Of a stretch of 64,000 bases of DNA, positions 1 to 12,334 are shown piece after piece; within the stretch, counting starts at the first letter, position 1, and each line of letters begins with the position of its first letter. Location of the stretch: positions 90,832,001 through 90,896,000 of the forward strand of contig NC_086097.1 of assembly GCF_963921235.1 (NCBI RefSeq), in the 5' to 3' direction. The stretch is from Mobula hypostoma. Its lineage: Eukaryota. The translations under genes and the position numbers were made by a program. The notes under the pieces are model-generated. The model did no database searches, was not told the DNA's origin, and saw only the letters and a program-made list of their open reading frames with translations.

Positions 1-210
1 TTCACCCAGAGTTCGGTTGGAATCTGGAACACAGTCGAAGGGGGTGATGGGGCCACAGACTCTTACAACATTTAACCAATATGTTGATGAGCACCTGAAA
101 TACCAAGGTATGGAAGACCATGGAACAAGTGTTGGTAAATTGGATAATGTAACTTAATGGCCGATGTAGATCTGATGGTGTGAAGGGCCTGTCTCTTCAC
201 TGTACGATAT
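1..210 (+). mobile_element. Degraded CR1-like LINE 3' end
   Basis: Starts with decayed 'FTQR(V)VG.WN' coding sequence, followed by a 3' UTR with the 'gaagggcctgt' motif. Confidence 0.6.
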
Positions 211-892
211 GATTAATGAGTGTGTATAGTCATCAGCTGTATTTGCCCTTGCTTGTTTTGCTAGCTACAACCTTAAAAGACTTGAACATATTGTCAAACA
301 TGATTTCCCTTTTATATATCAACAATGACTGCCCAACCCCATTATTATTTAAAATTAAAATGTTGCTTGCTTCCCAATTTGATGTAAAATTCAATCAGTA
401 CATGATCACTATTACTTAAGGGTCCCTTCTCTAGGAGATTATTAACTAAACCTACCCTCTTGCACAATGCTAGTCCTAGTATAGCCTGCTCCACATGTAC
501 TGGTCTAATAACCATTCGACCATAATAAGAGCCTAAGACATGGGAGCAGAATTAGGCCACCTGGCCCATCAAGTCTGCTCTGCCATTCAATCATGGCTGA
601 TCCTCTTTTCCTCTTCTCAACCTCCCCATTCCCCAGCCCTTTCCCCATCACCTTTGATGCCATGTCCAATCAAGAACCTATTAATCTCTGCCTTAAATAC
701 ACCCAATGACCTGCCTCCACAGCTGCATGTGGTAACAAATTCCACAACTTCACCTCCCTTTGGCTAAAGAAATGTCTCCACATCTCTGTTTGAAATAGAA
801 ACATAGAAACATAGAAAATAGGTGCAGGAGTAGGCCATTCAGCCCTTCGAGCCTGCACCGCCATTTATTATGATCATGGCTGATCATCCAAC

Positions 893-2992
893 TCAGAACC
901 CCGCCCCAGCCTTCCCTCCATACCCCCTGACCCCTGTAGCCACAAGGGCCATATCTAACTCCCTCTTAAACATAGCCAATGAACTGGCCTCAACTGTTTC
1001 CTGTGGCAGAGAATTCCACAGATTCACCACTCTCTGTGTGAAGAAGTTTTTCCCAATCTCGGTCCTAAAAGGCTTCCCCTCTATCCTCAAACTGTGACCC
1101 CTCGTTCTGGACTTCCCCAACATCGGGAATAATCTTCCTGCATCTAGCCTGTCCAATCCCTTTAGGATCTTATACGTTTCAATCAGATCCCCCCTCAATC
1201 TTCTAAATTCCAATGAGTACAAGCCCAGTTCATCCAGTCTTTCTTCATATGAAAGTCCTGCCATCCCAGGAATCAATCTGGTGAACCTTCTTTGTACTCC
1301 CTCTATGGCAAAGATGTCTTTCCTCAGATTAGGGGACCAAAACTGCACACAATGCTCCAGGTGTGGTCTCACCAAGGCCTTGTACAACTGCAGTAGTACC
1401 TCCCTGCTCCTGTACTCGAATCCTCTCGCTATAAATGCCAGCATACCATTCGCCTTTTTCACCACCTGCTGTACCTGCATGCCCACTTTCAATGACTGGT
1501 GTATAATGACACCCAGGTCTCGTTGCACCTCCCCTTTTCCTAATCGGCCACCATTCAGATAATAATCTGTCTTCCTATTTTTGCCACCAAAGTGGATAAC
1601 TTCACATTTATCCACATTAAATTGCATCTGCCATGAGTTTGCCCACTCCCCCAACCTATCCAAGTCACCCTGCATCCTCTTAGCATCCTCCTCACTGCTA
1701 ACACTGCCACCCAGCTTCGTGTCATCTGCAAACTTGGAGATGCTGCATTTAATTCCCTCATCCAAGTCATTAATATATATTGTAAACAACTGGGGTCCCA
1801 GCACTGAGCCTTGCGGTACCCCACTAGTCACCGCCTGCCATTCTGAAAAGGTCCCGTTTATTCCCACTCTTTGCTTCCTGTCTGCTAACCAATTCTCCAC
1901 CCACACCAATACCTTACCCCCAATACCGTGTGCTTTAAGTTTGCACACTAATCTCCTGTGTGGGACCTTGTCAAAAGCCTTTTGAAAATCCAAATATACC
2001 ACATCCACTGGTTCTCCCCTATCCACTCTACTAGTTACATCCTCAAAAAATTCTATGAGATTCGTCAGACATGATTTTCCTTTCACAAATCCATGCTGAC
2101 TTTGTCCGATCATTTCACCGCTTTCCAAATGTGCTGTTATCACAACCTTGAAAACTGACTCCAGCAGTTTCCCCACCACCGACGTTAGGCTAACCGGTCT
2201 ATAATTCCCCGGTTTCTCTCTCCCTCCTTTTTTAAAAATTGGGGTTACATTAGCCACCCTCCAATCCTCAGGAACTAGTCCAAAATCTAACGAGTTTTGA
2301 AAAATTATCACTAATGCATCCACTATTTCTTGGGCTACTTCCTTAAGCACTCTAGGATGCAGAGCATCTGGCCCTGGGGATTTACCTGCCTTCAATCCCT
2401 TCAATTTACCTAACACCACTTCCCTACTAACATGTATTTCACTCAGTTCCTCCATCTCACTGGACCCTCTGTCCCTTACTATTTCTGGAAGATTATTTAT
2501 GTCCTCCTTAGTGAAGACAGAACCAAAGTAATTATTCAATTGGTCTGCCATGTCCTTGCTCCCCATAATCAATTCACCTGTTTCTGTCTGCAGGGGACCT
2601 ACATTTGTCTTTACCAGTCTTTTCCTTTTTACATATCTATAAAAGCTTTTACAGTCCGTTTTTATGTTCCCCGCCAGTTTTCTCTCATAATCTTTTTTCC
2701 CCTTCCTAATTAAGCCCTTTGTCCTCCTCTGCTGAACTCTGAATTTCTCCCAGTCCTCAGGTGAGCCACTTTCTCTGGCTAATTTGTATGCTACTTCTTT
2801 GGAATTGATACTATCCCTAATTTCTCTTGTCAGCCACGGGTGCACTACCTTTCTTGATTTATTCTTTTGCCAAACTGGGATGAACAATTGTTGTAGTTCA
2901 TCCATGCAACCTTTAAATGCTTGCCATTGCATATCCACCGTCAATCCTTTAAGTGTCATTTGCCAGTCTATCTTAGCTAATTCACGTCTCAT
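893..2992 (-). CDS. CR1 ORF2 reverse transcriptase region (open, 699 aa)
   Basis: Motifs KSPGPD, NYRPVSLTS, LDFQKAFDKV, GVPQGSVLGP and catalytic FADD; CR1 C-terminus RGH..F.QRVV..WNSLP. Confidence 0.93.
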   Translation of the reverse strand: MRRELAKIDWQMTLKGLTVDMQWQAFKGCMDELQQLFIPVWQKNKSRKVVHPWLTREIRDSINSKEVAYKLARESGSPEDWEKFRVQQRRTKGLIRKGKKDYERKLAGNIKTDCKSFYRYVKRKRLVKTNVGPLQTETGELIMGSKDMADQLNNYFGSVFTKEDINNLPEIVRDRGSSEMEELSEIHVSREVVLGKLKGLKAGKSPGPDALHPRVLKEVAQEIVDALVIIFQNSLDFGLVPEDWRVANVTPIFKKGGREKPGNYRPVSLTSVVGKLLESVFKVVITAHLESGEMIGQSQHGFVKGKSCLTNLIEFFEDVTSRVDRGEPVDVVYLDFQKAFDKVPHRRLVCKLKAHGIGGKVLVWVENWLADRKQRVGINGTFSEWQAVTSGVPQGSVLGPQLFTIYINDLDEGIKCSISKFADDTKLGGSVSSEEDAKRMQGDLDRLGEWANSWQMQFNVDKCEVIHFGGKNRKTDYYLNGGRLGKGEVQRDLGVIIHQSLKVGMQVQQVVKKANGMLAFIARGFEYRSREVLLQLYKALVRPHLEHCVQFWSPNLRKDIFAIEGVQRRFTRLIPGMAGLSYEERLDELGLYSLEFRRLRGDLIETYKILKGLDRLDAGRLFPMLGKSRTRGHSLRIEGKPFRTEIGKNFFTQRVVNLWNSLPQETVEASSLAMFKRELDMALVATGVRGYGGKAGAGF

Positions 2993-3012
2993 ACCTTCAA
3001 AGTTACCCCTCT

Positions 3013-3688
3013 TTAAGTTTCTGAATTAACTATGTCACTCTCCATGTTAATGAAGAATTCCACCATATTATGGTTACTCTTACCCAAGGGGCCTCTCACG
3101 ACAAGATCGCTAATTAACCCTTCCTCATTGCTCATAACCCAGTCCAGAATAGCCTGCTCTCTAGTTGGTTCCTCGACATGTTGGTTCAAAAAACCATCCC
3201 GCATACATTCCAAGAAATCCTCTTCCTCAGCACCTTTACCAATTTGGTTCACCCAGTCTACATGTAGATTGAAGTCACCCATTATAACTGCTGTTCTTTT
3301 ATTGCACACATTTCTAATTTCCTGTTTAATACCATCTCCGACCTCACTACTACTGTTAGGTGGCCTGTACACAACTCCCACCAGCGTCTTCTGCCCCTTA
3401 GTTTTACGCAGCTCTACCCATATCGATTCCACATCTTCCCGGCTTATGTCCTTCCTTTCTATTGCGTTAATCTCTTCTTTAACCAGCAACGCCACCCCAC
3501 CTCCCCTTCCTTCATGTCTATCCCTCCTGAATATTGAATATCCCTGAATGTTGAGCTCCCATCCCTGGTCACCCTGGAGCCATGTCTCTGTGATCCCAAC
3601 TATATCATAATCATTAATAACAATCTGCACTTTCAATTCATCCACCTTATTACGAATGCTCCTTGCATTGACACATAAAGCCTTCAGG
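3013..3688 (-). pseudogene. CR1 ORF2 APE endonuclease domain, frameshifted from the RT part
   Basis: ORF 3013-3645 has ITETWL, GGGVA, YRPP, MGDFN and ILD..SNH motifs; frame break near 3020. Confidence 0.9.
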
Positions 3689-5562
3689 ACACCCCTCTAT
3701 CTTGAGACTCCCCTACAATGGGAAACATTCTTTCCACATCTACTCTGTCCACGCCTTATCAACATTTGAAAGGTTTCAATGAGATTCCCCCCGTCATCCT
3801 TCTAAATTCCAGTGAATACAGACCCAGAGCCATCAAACGTTCCTGATATGATAACCCTTTCATTTCCATAACCCTCATCTTTGTGAACCTCCTCTGGACC
3901 CTCTCCAATGTCAGCACATCTTTTCTTAGGGATGAGGAACCCAAAACTGTTCAGAATACTCAAGGTGAGGTCCCACCAGTGCCTTATAAAGACTCAACAG
4001 CACACCCCTGCTCTCACTCTAGATCTCTTGAAATGAATGCTAACATTGCATTTGCCTTCCTCACCATCGACTCAACCTGCAAATTAACCTTTAGGATGTT
4101 CTGCACAAGGACTTCCAAGTCCCTCTGCATCTTAGATTTTTGGATTTTCTCCCCATTTAGAAAATAGTTTACACATTTATTTCTACTACCAAAGGGCATG
4201 ACCATTAATTTTCCAACATTGTATGTCATTTGCCACTTTCTTGCCCATTCTCCTAATCTGTCTAAGTCCTTCTGCAGCCTACCACTTTCCTTAACACTAC
4301 CTGCCCCTCCACAAATATGTGTAACATCTGCAAACATGGCAACAAAGCCATCTATTCCATCATCTAAATCCCAACACCAGCCCCTGCGGAACACCACTAG
4401 TCACTGGCAGCCAACCAGACAAGGATGCCCACTCGCTGCCCCCTACCAATCAACCAATGATCCAACCATGTTAGTAACTTTCCTGTAATACCATGGATTC
4501 TTAGCTTGGTAAGCAACCTCATGTGTGGCACCTTGTCAAAGATCTTCTGAAAGTCCAAATATCGAACATCCACTGCATTTGCTTTATCTATCCTACTTGT
4601 AATCTCCTCAAAGTATTCCAATAGGTTAATCAGACAAGATTTTTCTTTAAGGAAACCATTCTGACTTTATCCTATCTTGTCCTGTGTCACCAAGTATTCC
4701 ATCACCTCATCCTTAACAATTGACTCCAACATCTTCCCAATCACTGAGGTCAGGCTAACTGGTCTATAATTTCCTTTCTGCTGCCTTCTTCCTTTCTTAA
4801 AAAGTGGAATGACATTTGCAGTTTTCCAGTTTTCTGGCACCATGCCACAGTCCAATAATTTTTGAAAGATCATTGCTGATGCTTCCACATTTTCGAACAC
4901 TACCTCTTTCAGAACCCTAGGGTGCAGTTTATCTGGTCTGTCTGATTTATGGTCTTTCAGGTTTTTGAGCACCTTCTCCCTTGTAATAGTAACTGCACCC
5001 CCTTCTCTTCCTTCACACACTACAACATCTGGCATACTGCTAGTGTCTTCCACAATGAAGACTGATGCAAAATACTCATTGAGTTCATCTGCCATCTCCT
5101 TGTCCCCCATTATTATTTCTCCGGCCTCATTTTCTTGTGGTCCTATATCCACTCTCATCTCTCTTTTATTTTTTACGTACTTGAAAAAGCTTTTACTATC
5201 CACTTTGATATTGTTTGCTAGCTTGCTTTCATATTTCATCTATTCCTTCCTAATGATTCTTTTAGTTGCTCACTGTAGTTTTTTAAAAGCTTCCCAGTCC
5301 TCTGTCTTCCTGCTAATTTTTGCTTTGTTCTATGTGCTCTCTTTTGCTTTTACATTACCTTTGACACCCCTTGTCAGCCACAGTTGTACTATTTTGCCAT
5401 TTGAGTATTTCTTCGCTTTTGGAATACACCTATCCTGCACTTTTCTCTTTTTTCCTAGAAACTCACACCATTGCTGCTTTGCTATCATCCCTGCCAGCAT
5501 TTCCTTCCAATTTACTTTGGCAAATCCTCTCTCATACCAGTGTAATTTCCTTTACTCCACTG

Positions 5563-6480
<918 letters not shown>

Positions 6481-7299
6481 ACTGAAATACTGCTACATCA
6501 GACTTTACTTTCTCCATATCAAATTTCAAGTTGAACTCAGTCATATTGTGATCACTGGTTCCTAAGGCTTCTTTTACCTTAAGCTCCCTCATCGCCTCCG
6601 GTTCATTACATAACACCCCATCCAGTAATCTCAATGACGAACTGCTCTAAAAAAAACCATCTCATAGGCATTCAACAAACTCACTCTCTTGATATCCATT
6701 ACCAACCTGATTTTATGTTAAAATCTCCCACGACTATCATAACATTGACCTTTTGACACGCCTTTTTTGTTTCCTGTTGTAATTTGTGGTCCACATCCTA
6801 GCTACTGCTGGGAGGCCTGTATACAACTGCCATCAGGGTCCTTTTACCCTTGCAATTTCTTAACTCATCCCACAAGGATTCAATATCTTCCAATCCTATG
6901 TCACATCTTTCTACTGATTTGATGCCATTTTTTTTACCATGCTATCCCCTCTGTCTGCCTTCCTATCCCTCCGATACAGTATGTAATCTTGGACATTCAG
7001 CTCCCAACTACAATCATCCTTCAGCCGCGATTCAGTGATGGCCACAACCTGGCAATCTGTAATAGTGCAACAAGATCATCCACCTTATTTCTTATATGCC
7101 GTCCATTGAGTATAACACCTTGAGTACTGTATTTGATAACTCTCTTAGATTCTGCATCTCTAATGCACTGATACTCACCCTGCTGGCTGCAACCAGCTCC
7201 TATCATCTGCCTGCCCTTCCTGACAGTCTGACTGCATGCTATCTTTGCTTCTTTACCATCTGTCCTATCCAGAGTCCTTTCTTTTTCGTTCCCACCCCC

Positions 7300-8170
7300 C
7301 TGCCAAATTAGCTTAAACCCTCCCCAACAGCTCTAACAAAACTGCCTGTAAGAATATTGGTCCTCCTTGGGTTCTGGTGCAACCTGTCCCCTTTGAACAG
7401 GTCATAACTCCCCCAGAAAAGATTCCAATGATCCAAGAACCTGAAGCCCTGCTCCCTGCACCAGCTTCTCAGCTACGCATTAATCTGCCAGATCATCCTG
7501 TTTCTATCCTCACTAGCATGTGACATAGGTAGCAATTCAGAAATTGCTATTCTGGAGGCCCTGCTTCTCAGCTTTCTACCTAGCTCTCTAAATTCTCTTT
7601 TCAGGACCTCTTTGGTTTTCCTTCCTATGTCATTGGTACCAGTATGCACCAAGACATCTGATTACTCTCCCTCCCTCTCCAAAATGTTGTTGACGTGATC
7701 GGAGACGTCCCTGAACCTGGCACCTAGGATGCAACATACCATCCGGATGTCCCGTTCACATCCACAGAATCTCCTGTCTGTTCCCCTGACTATTGAGTCC
7801 CCTATCACTACCGCTCCCCTCTTCTCCCTCTTTCCTTTCTGCACCATAGACCCAGGCTCAGTGTCTGTAACCCGGCCTCCGTGGCATCCCCCTGGAATGT
7901 CATCCCCCACAACAGTATCCAAAGCAGTATACTTATTTTTGAGGGGAATGGCCACAGGTGTGCTCCATGCTAACTGCCTATTCCATTTCCATTTTTCTTG
8001 ACGGTCACCTAGCTACTTGCCTCCTGCAACTTTGGGGTGACTACTTCCCTGTAATTCTGATCGATTATCTCCACACTCTCATGTACAAGTCAAAGGTCAT
8101 CTAGCTGCTGCTCCAGATCCCTAACACAATCTTCAAGGGGCTGCAGCCGGATGCACTTCACGCATATGTA
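7300..8170 (-). pseudogene. CR1 ORF1 remnant with SGNH/GDSL esterase domain and upstream Cys/coiled-coil region
   Basis: ORF 7662-7955 contains VVIGDSIVRGTDRRFCG...MVCCILGAR; upstream decayed 'C..LQ.LE..VRDLEQQLDDL'. Confidence 0.8.
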
Positions 8171-8539
8171 GTTCCCTGGAAGAACACACAACAGCCATTT
8201 ACTACGCTGGGTATGGTAAGCGATCAAAGAAAAGGAATCTTAACAGAAGCTTACCCAGAGCTAACGGCTCTTTTAAGCCAAAGCCTCCTTTGAGCCAAAG
8301 CCTGACACTCCCACTCTCACTGCTGGCCTACTCTCAACAATGGCCACCCTGCTTGTCCCTTCTGTACTTTTATTTAATTCGCTGTGCTCTGCTCCCGCCA
8401 ACGATTGGGCCTCCGGAATGTCTGAACGCCTGTGGAGCTCTCCTTTTAAACAAGTGTCGCTGACCTGCAGAAACGTCATCTCTGTGCTCTGCTCCCATTG
8501 CTCCATAACAATTGCATGAACTCCTCATTGAAGCTACTT

Positions 8540-9062
8540 ACATCTCCAGAAGACGTTTGAAAAGGTCCTGCATAAAATTTCATTAAGTAGAAGTTCATGA
8601 TGTGGGAGGCACCATATTACCATGGGTAGAAGACTGGCTGGCTAATAAGGAACAGTGAGTAGGAAAAAATGGGTCCTTTCATCATTGGCAAGATGTATTG
8701 AGTAGTATGCCATGGGGACTAGACATGGAGCATCAGGTTTTAACAACATATACCTGATTTGGATGAAGGCAGTAAAGAGATGATTACTAAATATGTTGAT
8801 GACCCCATGGGTGGGGGAATGAATTGTGAACAGGGCATAAGAGTATGATAAAGAAATATGGATAGGTTAAGTGAGGGCAAAAATCAGGTCAGTGGAGCTT
8901 AGTCGGGAAACATGAATTATTCATTTTGGCAGGAATATTAAAAAAGAAGAATGTTAAATAAACGCTGAGAAATGGAAGATGCAGAGGAATCTAGTACACA
9001 ATTTTCAAGAGGCTGGTATGCAGGTACAACAAGTAATTGGTGTGGCTAACAGCGTTATCAGT
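8540..9062 (+). mobile_element. Highly degraded CR1 RT fragment
   Basis: Decayed 'F.K.F.KV.H', 'WVEDWLA' and 'KY.DD' motifs. Confidence 0.6.
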
Positions 9063-9855
9063 GTGAGAGGAAACTTTGTCACATGGTGTGAGCAGAATTA
9101 TCTGCAGCTTAATGTAAAAAAGACTAAGGAGCTGGTGGTAGACCTGAGGAGAGCTAAGGTACCGGTGACCCCTGTTTTCATCCAGGGGGTCAGTGTGGAC
9201 ATGGTGGAGGATTACACATACCTGGGGATACGAATTGACAATAAACTGGACTGGTCAAAGAACACTGAGGCTGTCTACAAGAAGGGTCAGAGCCGTCTCT
9301 ATTTCCTGAGGAGGCTGAGGTCCTCTAACATCTGCCGGACGATGCTGAGGATGTTCTACGAGTCTGTGGTGGCCAGTGCGATCATGTTTGCTGTTGTGTG
9401 CTGGGGCAGCAGGCTGAAGGTAGCAGACACCAACAGAATCAATAAACTCACTCGTAAGGCCAGTGATGTTGTGGGGATGGAACTGGACTCTCTGACGGTG
9501 GTGTCTGAAAAGAGGATGCTGTCCAAGTTGCATGCCATCTTGGACAATGTTTCCCATCCACTACATAATGTACTGGCTGGGCACAGGAGTACATTCAGCC
9601 AGAGACTCATTCCACTGAGACGCAACACAGAGCGTCATAGGAAGTCATTCCTGTCCGTGGCCATCAAACTTTACAACTCCTCCCTTGGAGGATCAGACAC
9701 CCTGAGCCAATAGCCTGGTCCTGGACTCATTTCCTGGCATAATTTACATATTACTATTTAACTATTTATGGTGTTATTACTATTTATTATTTATGGTGCA
9801 GCGGTAACGAAAACCAATTTCACCCGGGATCAATAAAGTATGACTACGACTATGA
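9063..9855 (+). mobile_element. 5'-truncated Rex1/Babar- or L2-type LINE, RT C-terminal part
   Basis: ORF 8979-9713: WCEQNYLQLNVKKTKELVVDLRR...YLG..ID.KL.W...RLYFLRRL; 3' UTR ends CAATAAAG(TATGAC)n. Confidence 0.85.
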
Positions 9856-9929
9856 ACCAAATACACAACCTTTTTGCTTGCCTCTTCCAAAAGTTCGTGC
9901 TTGAGAAATCTTTCATATTAGTTGTCAAG

Positions 9930-11580
9930 GTAACCATTAAGGTAGATGTGGTAGGGCAGAGGATGTTGTCTATTTGATAAGATCTGGATGGTAGGCTGTT
10001 CTGAAGATTAAGGCCCATGGAATCCATGGAGAACTGGTTAGCTGGGTTCCAAATTGACTCAGTAGTAGGAATCAGTGATGGTTGAAGGCTGTTTCTGGGA
10101 ATGAAGACTGGTGACTACTGGTGTAGTACATAGGTCAGTGCTTGGACCCTTCTTTTTTGTTATTTATGTAAACAATTAGGATGTGATGCACAGGACTTGA
10201 TCAGAAATTCTTGGATGACATGACATTAGGAGGTGTTGCTGATAGTTATCACAGATTACAAGGAAACCTTGATTAATTAGAGGAGTGACGGACCAGTGGC
10301 TAATGGATTAGTATGAAGCGATGCACTTTGGGAAGTCAAACCAGTGTAGAACTTATACTAATGACCCACACTGCCAGTGTAGGGTACGAGGGAGTATAAT
10401 GGAACAGAGGGACTTACAAGTGCAAGTGCACATAGAACTGAATTTCATTGGAAGTGGTGCCACAGCAAGACAGAATGGAAATAAAAAACATTTAGCACGC
10501 TAGCCTTCATCAGTTAGGGCACCGAGTATAGGAGTTAGGACATTATGTGAAAGTTGTATAAGTTGGTGAGGCTGCACATAGAGTACAATGAAAGAGGTGG
10601 GTAAACTGGACAGAGTGCATGAAAGAGGTATAAGGATGTTGCCAGGACGATAGGACCAATGTTATAGGGAGGGGGTGGTCAGGCAAGGTCTTTATTTTAT
10701 GGAACATAGAGGAATTAGAGGTGACTTTATAAAAATGTTCAAAGTTATGATAAGTTGAATGGGAACAGTTTAAGGGAGTCTAAAACTAGTGGGCATAGGT
10801 TTAGGGCAAAAGGTGAAAAATTTAAGTTCAAGTTCAAATTTAATTGTCACTCAACCATACATGAATATCCATAAATACAAGCAAACGAAACAGCGTTGCT
10901 CTGGGGCCAAGGGACAAAAAGCAGTACTAACAGTCACACACAGCACAAGGCACAAATAGCACATATAAGATAGCAGTAAAATATAGTCACACAAAAAATG
11001 TAGCCCAGGTCCCTGAGTCCATGATTGTTGCTGCAGTCTGCAGTCAAACACAATATACCCTGTCTTCTGCCAATCGAACACTGGGGGGCAGCAGCGACTC
11101 CAATATGGACGCCGTACCACACCACCTCCCACACTCCAGTGGAATGGACTGACCCTGACACCTCTCTCCTGTGTGGTTGCAAGTTGGCGATATCACATAT
11201 TGAGGCCTAGTCTTCACTTGACTGAGGTCACGCAGTTCCGCAGCCATCCGCTCTCCCCCACCTCCACTATTCACCAATAAACCAGTAAATTGGGGTTGCA
11301 GCATTCCACGTTAACAATGCCCAACAGGATCTTGCTGGACCAGAGGGGCAACTTCTTCATGCAGAGGGTGGTGTGTACATGGAACAAGCTGGCAGATGAA
11401 ATGATTGATGCACGTAAAACAGTATCAGTTAAGAAGCACTTGTATAGCTGCATGGAGGACTGGAATCAGAAGGATGTGGACCAGAAGCTGGGAATAGGGT
11501 CCAAATGGGTAGGCACTGTAGATGGCATGAATCAGTTGGACCAAAAGGCCTCTATCAATGCTGCATTGATCTATGACTCC
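9930..11580 (+). mobile_element. Degraded CR1 3' half interrupted by the 10822-11330 insertion
   Basis: Decayed RT motifs from 9930 to 10820; resumes at about 11338 with 'RGNFFMQRVV..WN' and a 3' UTR. Confidence 0.7.
10822..11335 (-). mobile_element. 5'-truncated non-autonomous retroposon with (TTGAAC)n tail; same family as 15416-16215
   Basis: Tail 'aagttcaagttcaa'; extensive similarity to 15416-15930. Confidence 0.7.
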
Positions 11581-12334
11581 AAGTAGGGAGATTCATAAGG
11601 CATTGGTGAGACTATACCCGGAATACTGTGAACAGAATTGCTCTCCGCATTTGAGGAAAGATATAATGTTAGGAACTGTTCAGAGGTTTACTAGATTTGC
11701 AGTATACCTGGACTGAGCACAGGTTGCCTCATGACAAAAGGCAGATGGAATTGCTTCTGTAGATTTGCTTCTGCTGGAGCTTAAGAGACTGAGAGGAGAT
11801 TTGATTGAAATGCAAAGGATTATGGCTCCTTCTGAAAAATTTAATTTTTTTCTGTGAAGAAACAAAGTATGAAGTTAATATCTCTTCTGTTTACTTTTCC
11901 CCAATATAAGTTCTGCAGTCTCATCCTATAAATGACCCACATTAAATTGAGCTCATTTTTACCTTTATTTATAAACAAAGGTTATTACTTGTTTTTATAC
12001 AGTACTTCCATATTTACTCAATGTTTCCTCATAAGGCCTTGGTCTTCCTTTCTGACTTTTCCCCCAATTTTATGGCCTTCTGTTCCTTTTTGCAACATTT
12101 TAGGCATCTTCCTTTGATCTAGTTCTTCCTTTGGCTTCTTTCCAGATATACAGCTGAACCATTTTTTTTGGCCCTTATTACATGCATTTCTGATTTACAT
12201 TATTCCCTGAAGTTTTCTTGTAAAATATGCATTAATCCTTTAAATGTTAACTTTTTCTTGTTTACAGCTATACATTTTGATTTAGTTGCCCAAGCTACCA
12301 TTACTAATTGATAGCATATCCTTCAGATTTAGGA

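Larger units (their letters stand above)
795..3688 (-). mobile_element. Young 5'-truncated CR1 LINE
   Basis: (TTCTATGT)n 3' tail at about 795-817, 3' UTR, and almost all of ORF2. Truncated at the N-terminus of the APE domain (LKALCVNARSIRNK). Confidence 0.95.

Noticed and set aside
8979..9062. Apparent N-terminal extension of the 244-aa RT ORF
   Set aside because: It is a chance in-frame fusion of an old CR1 remnant to a 5'-truncated insertion.
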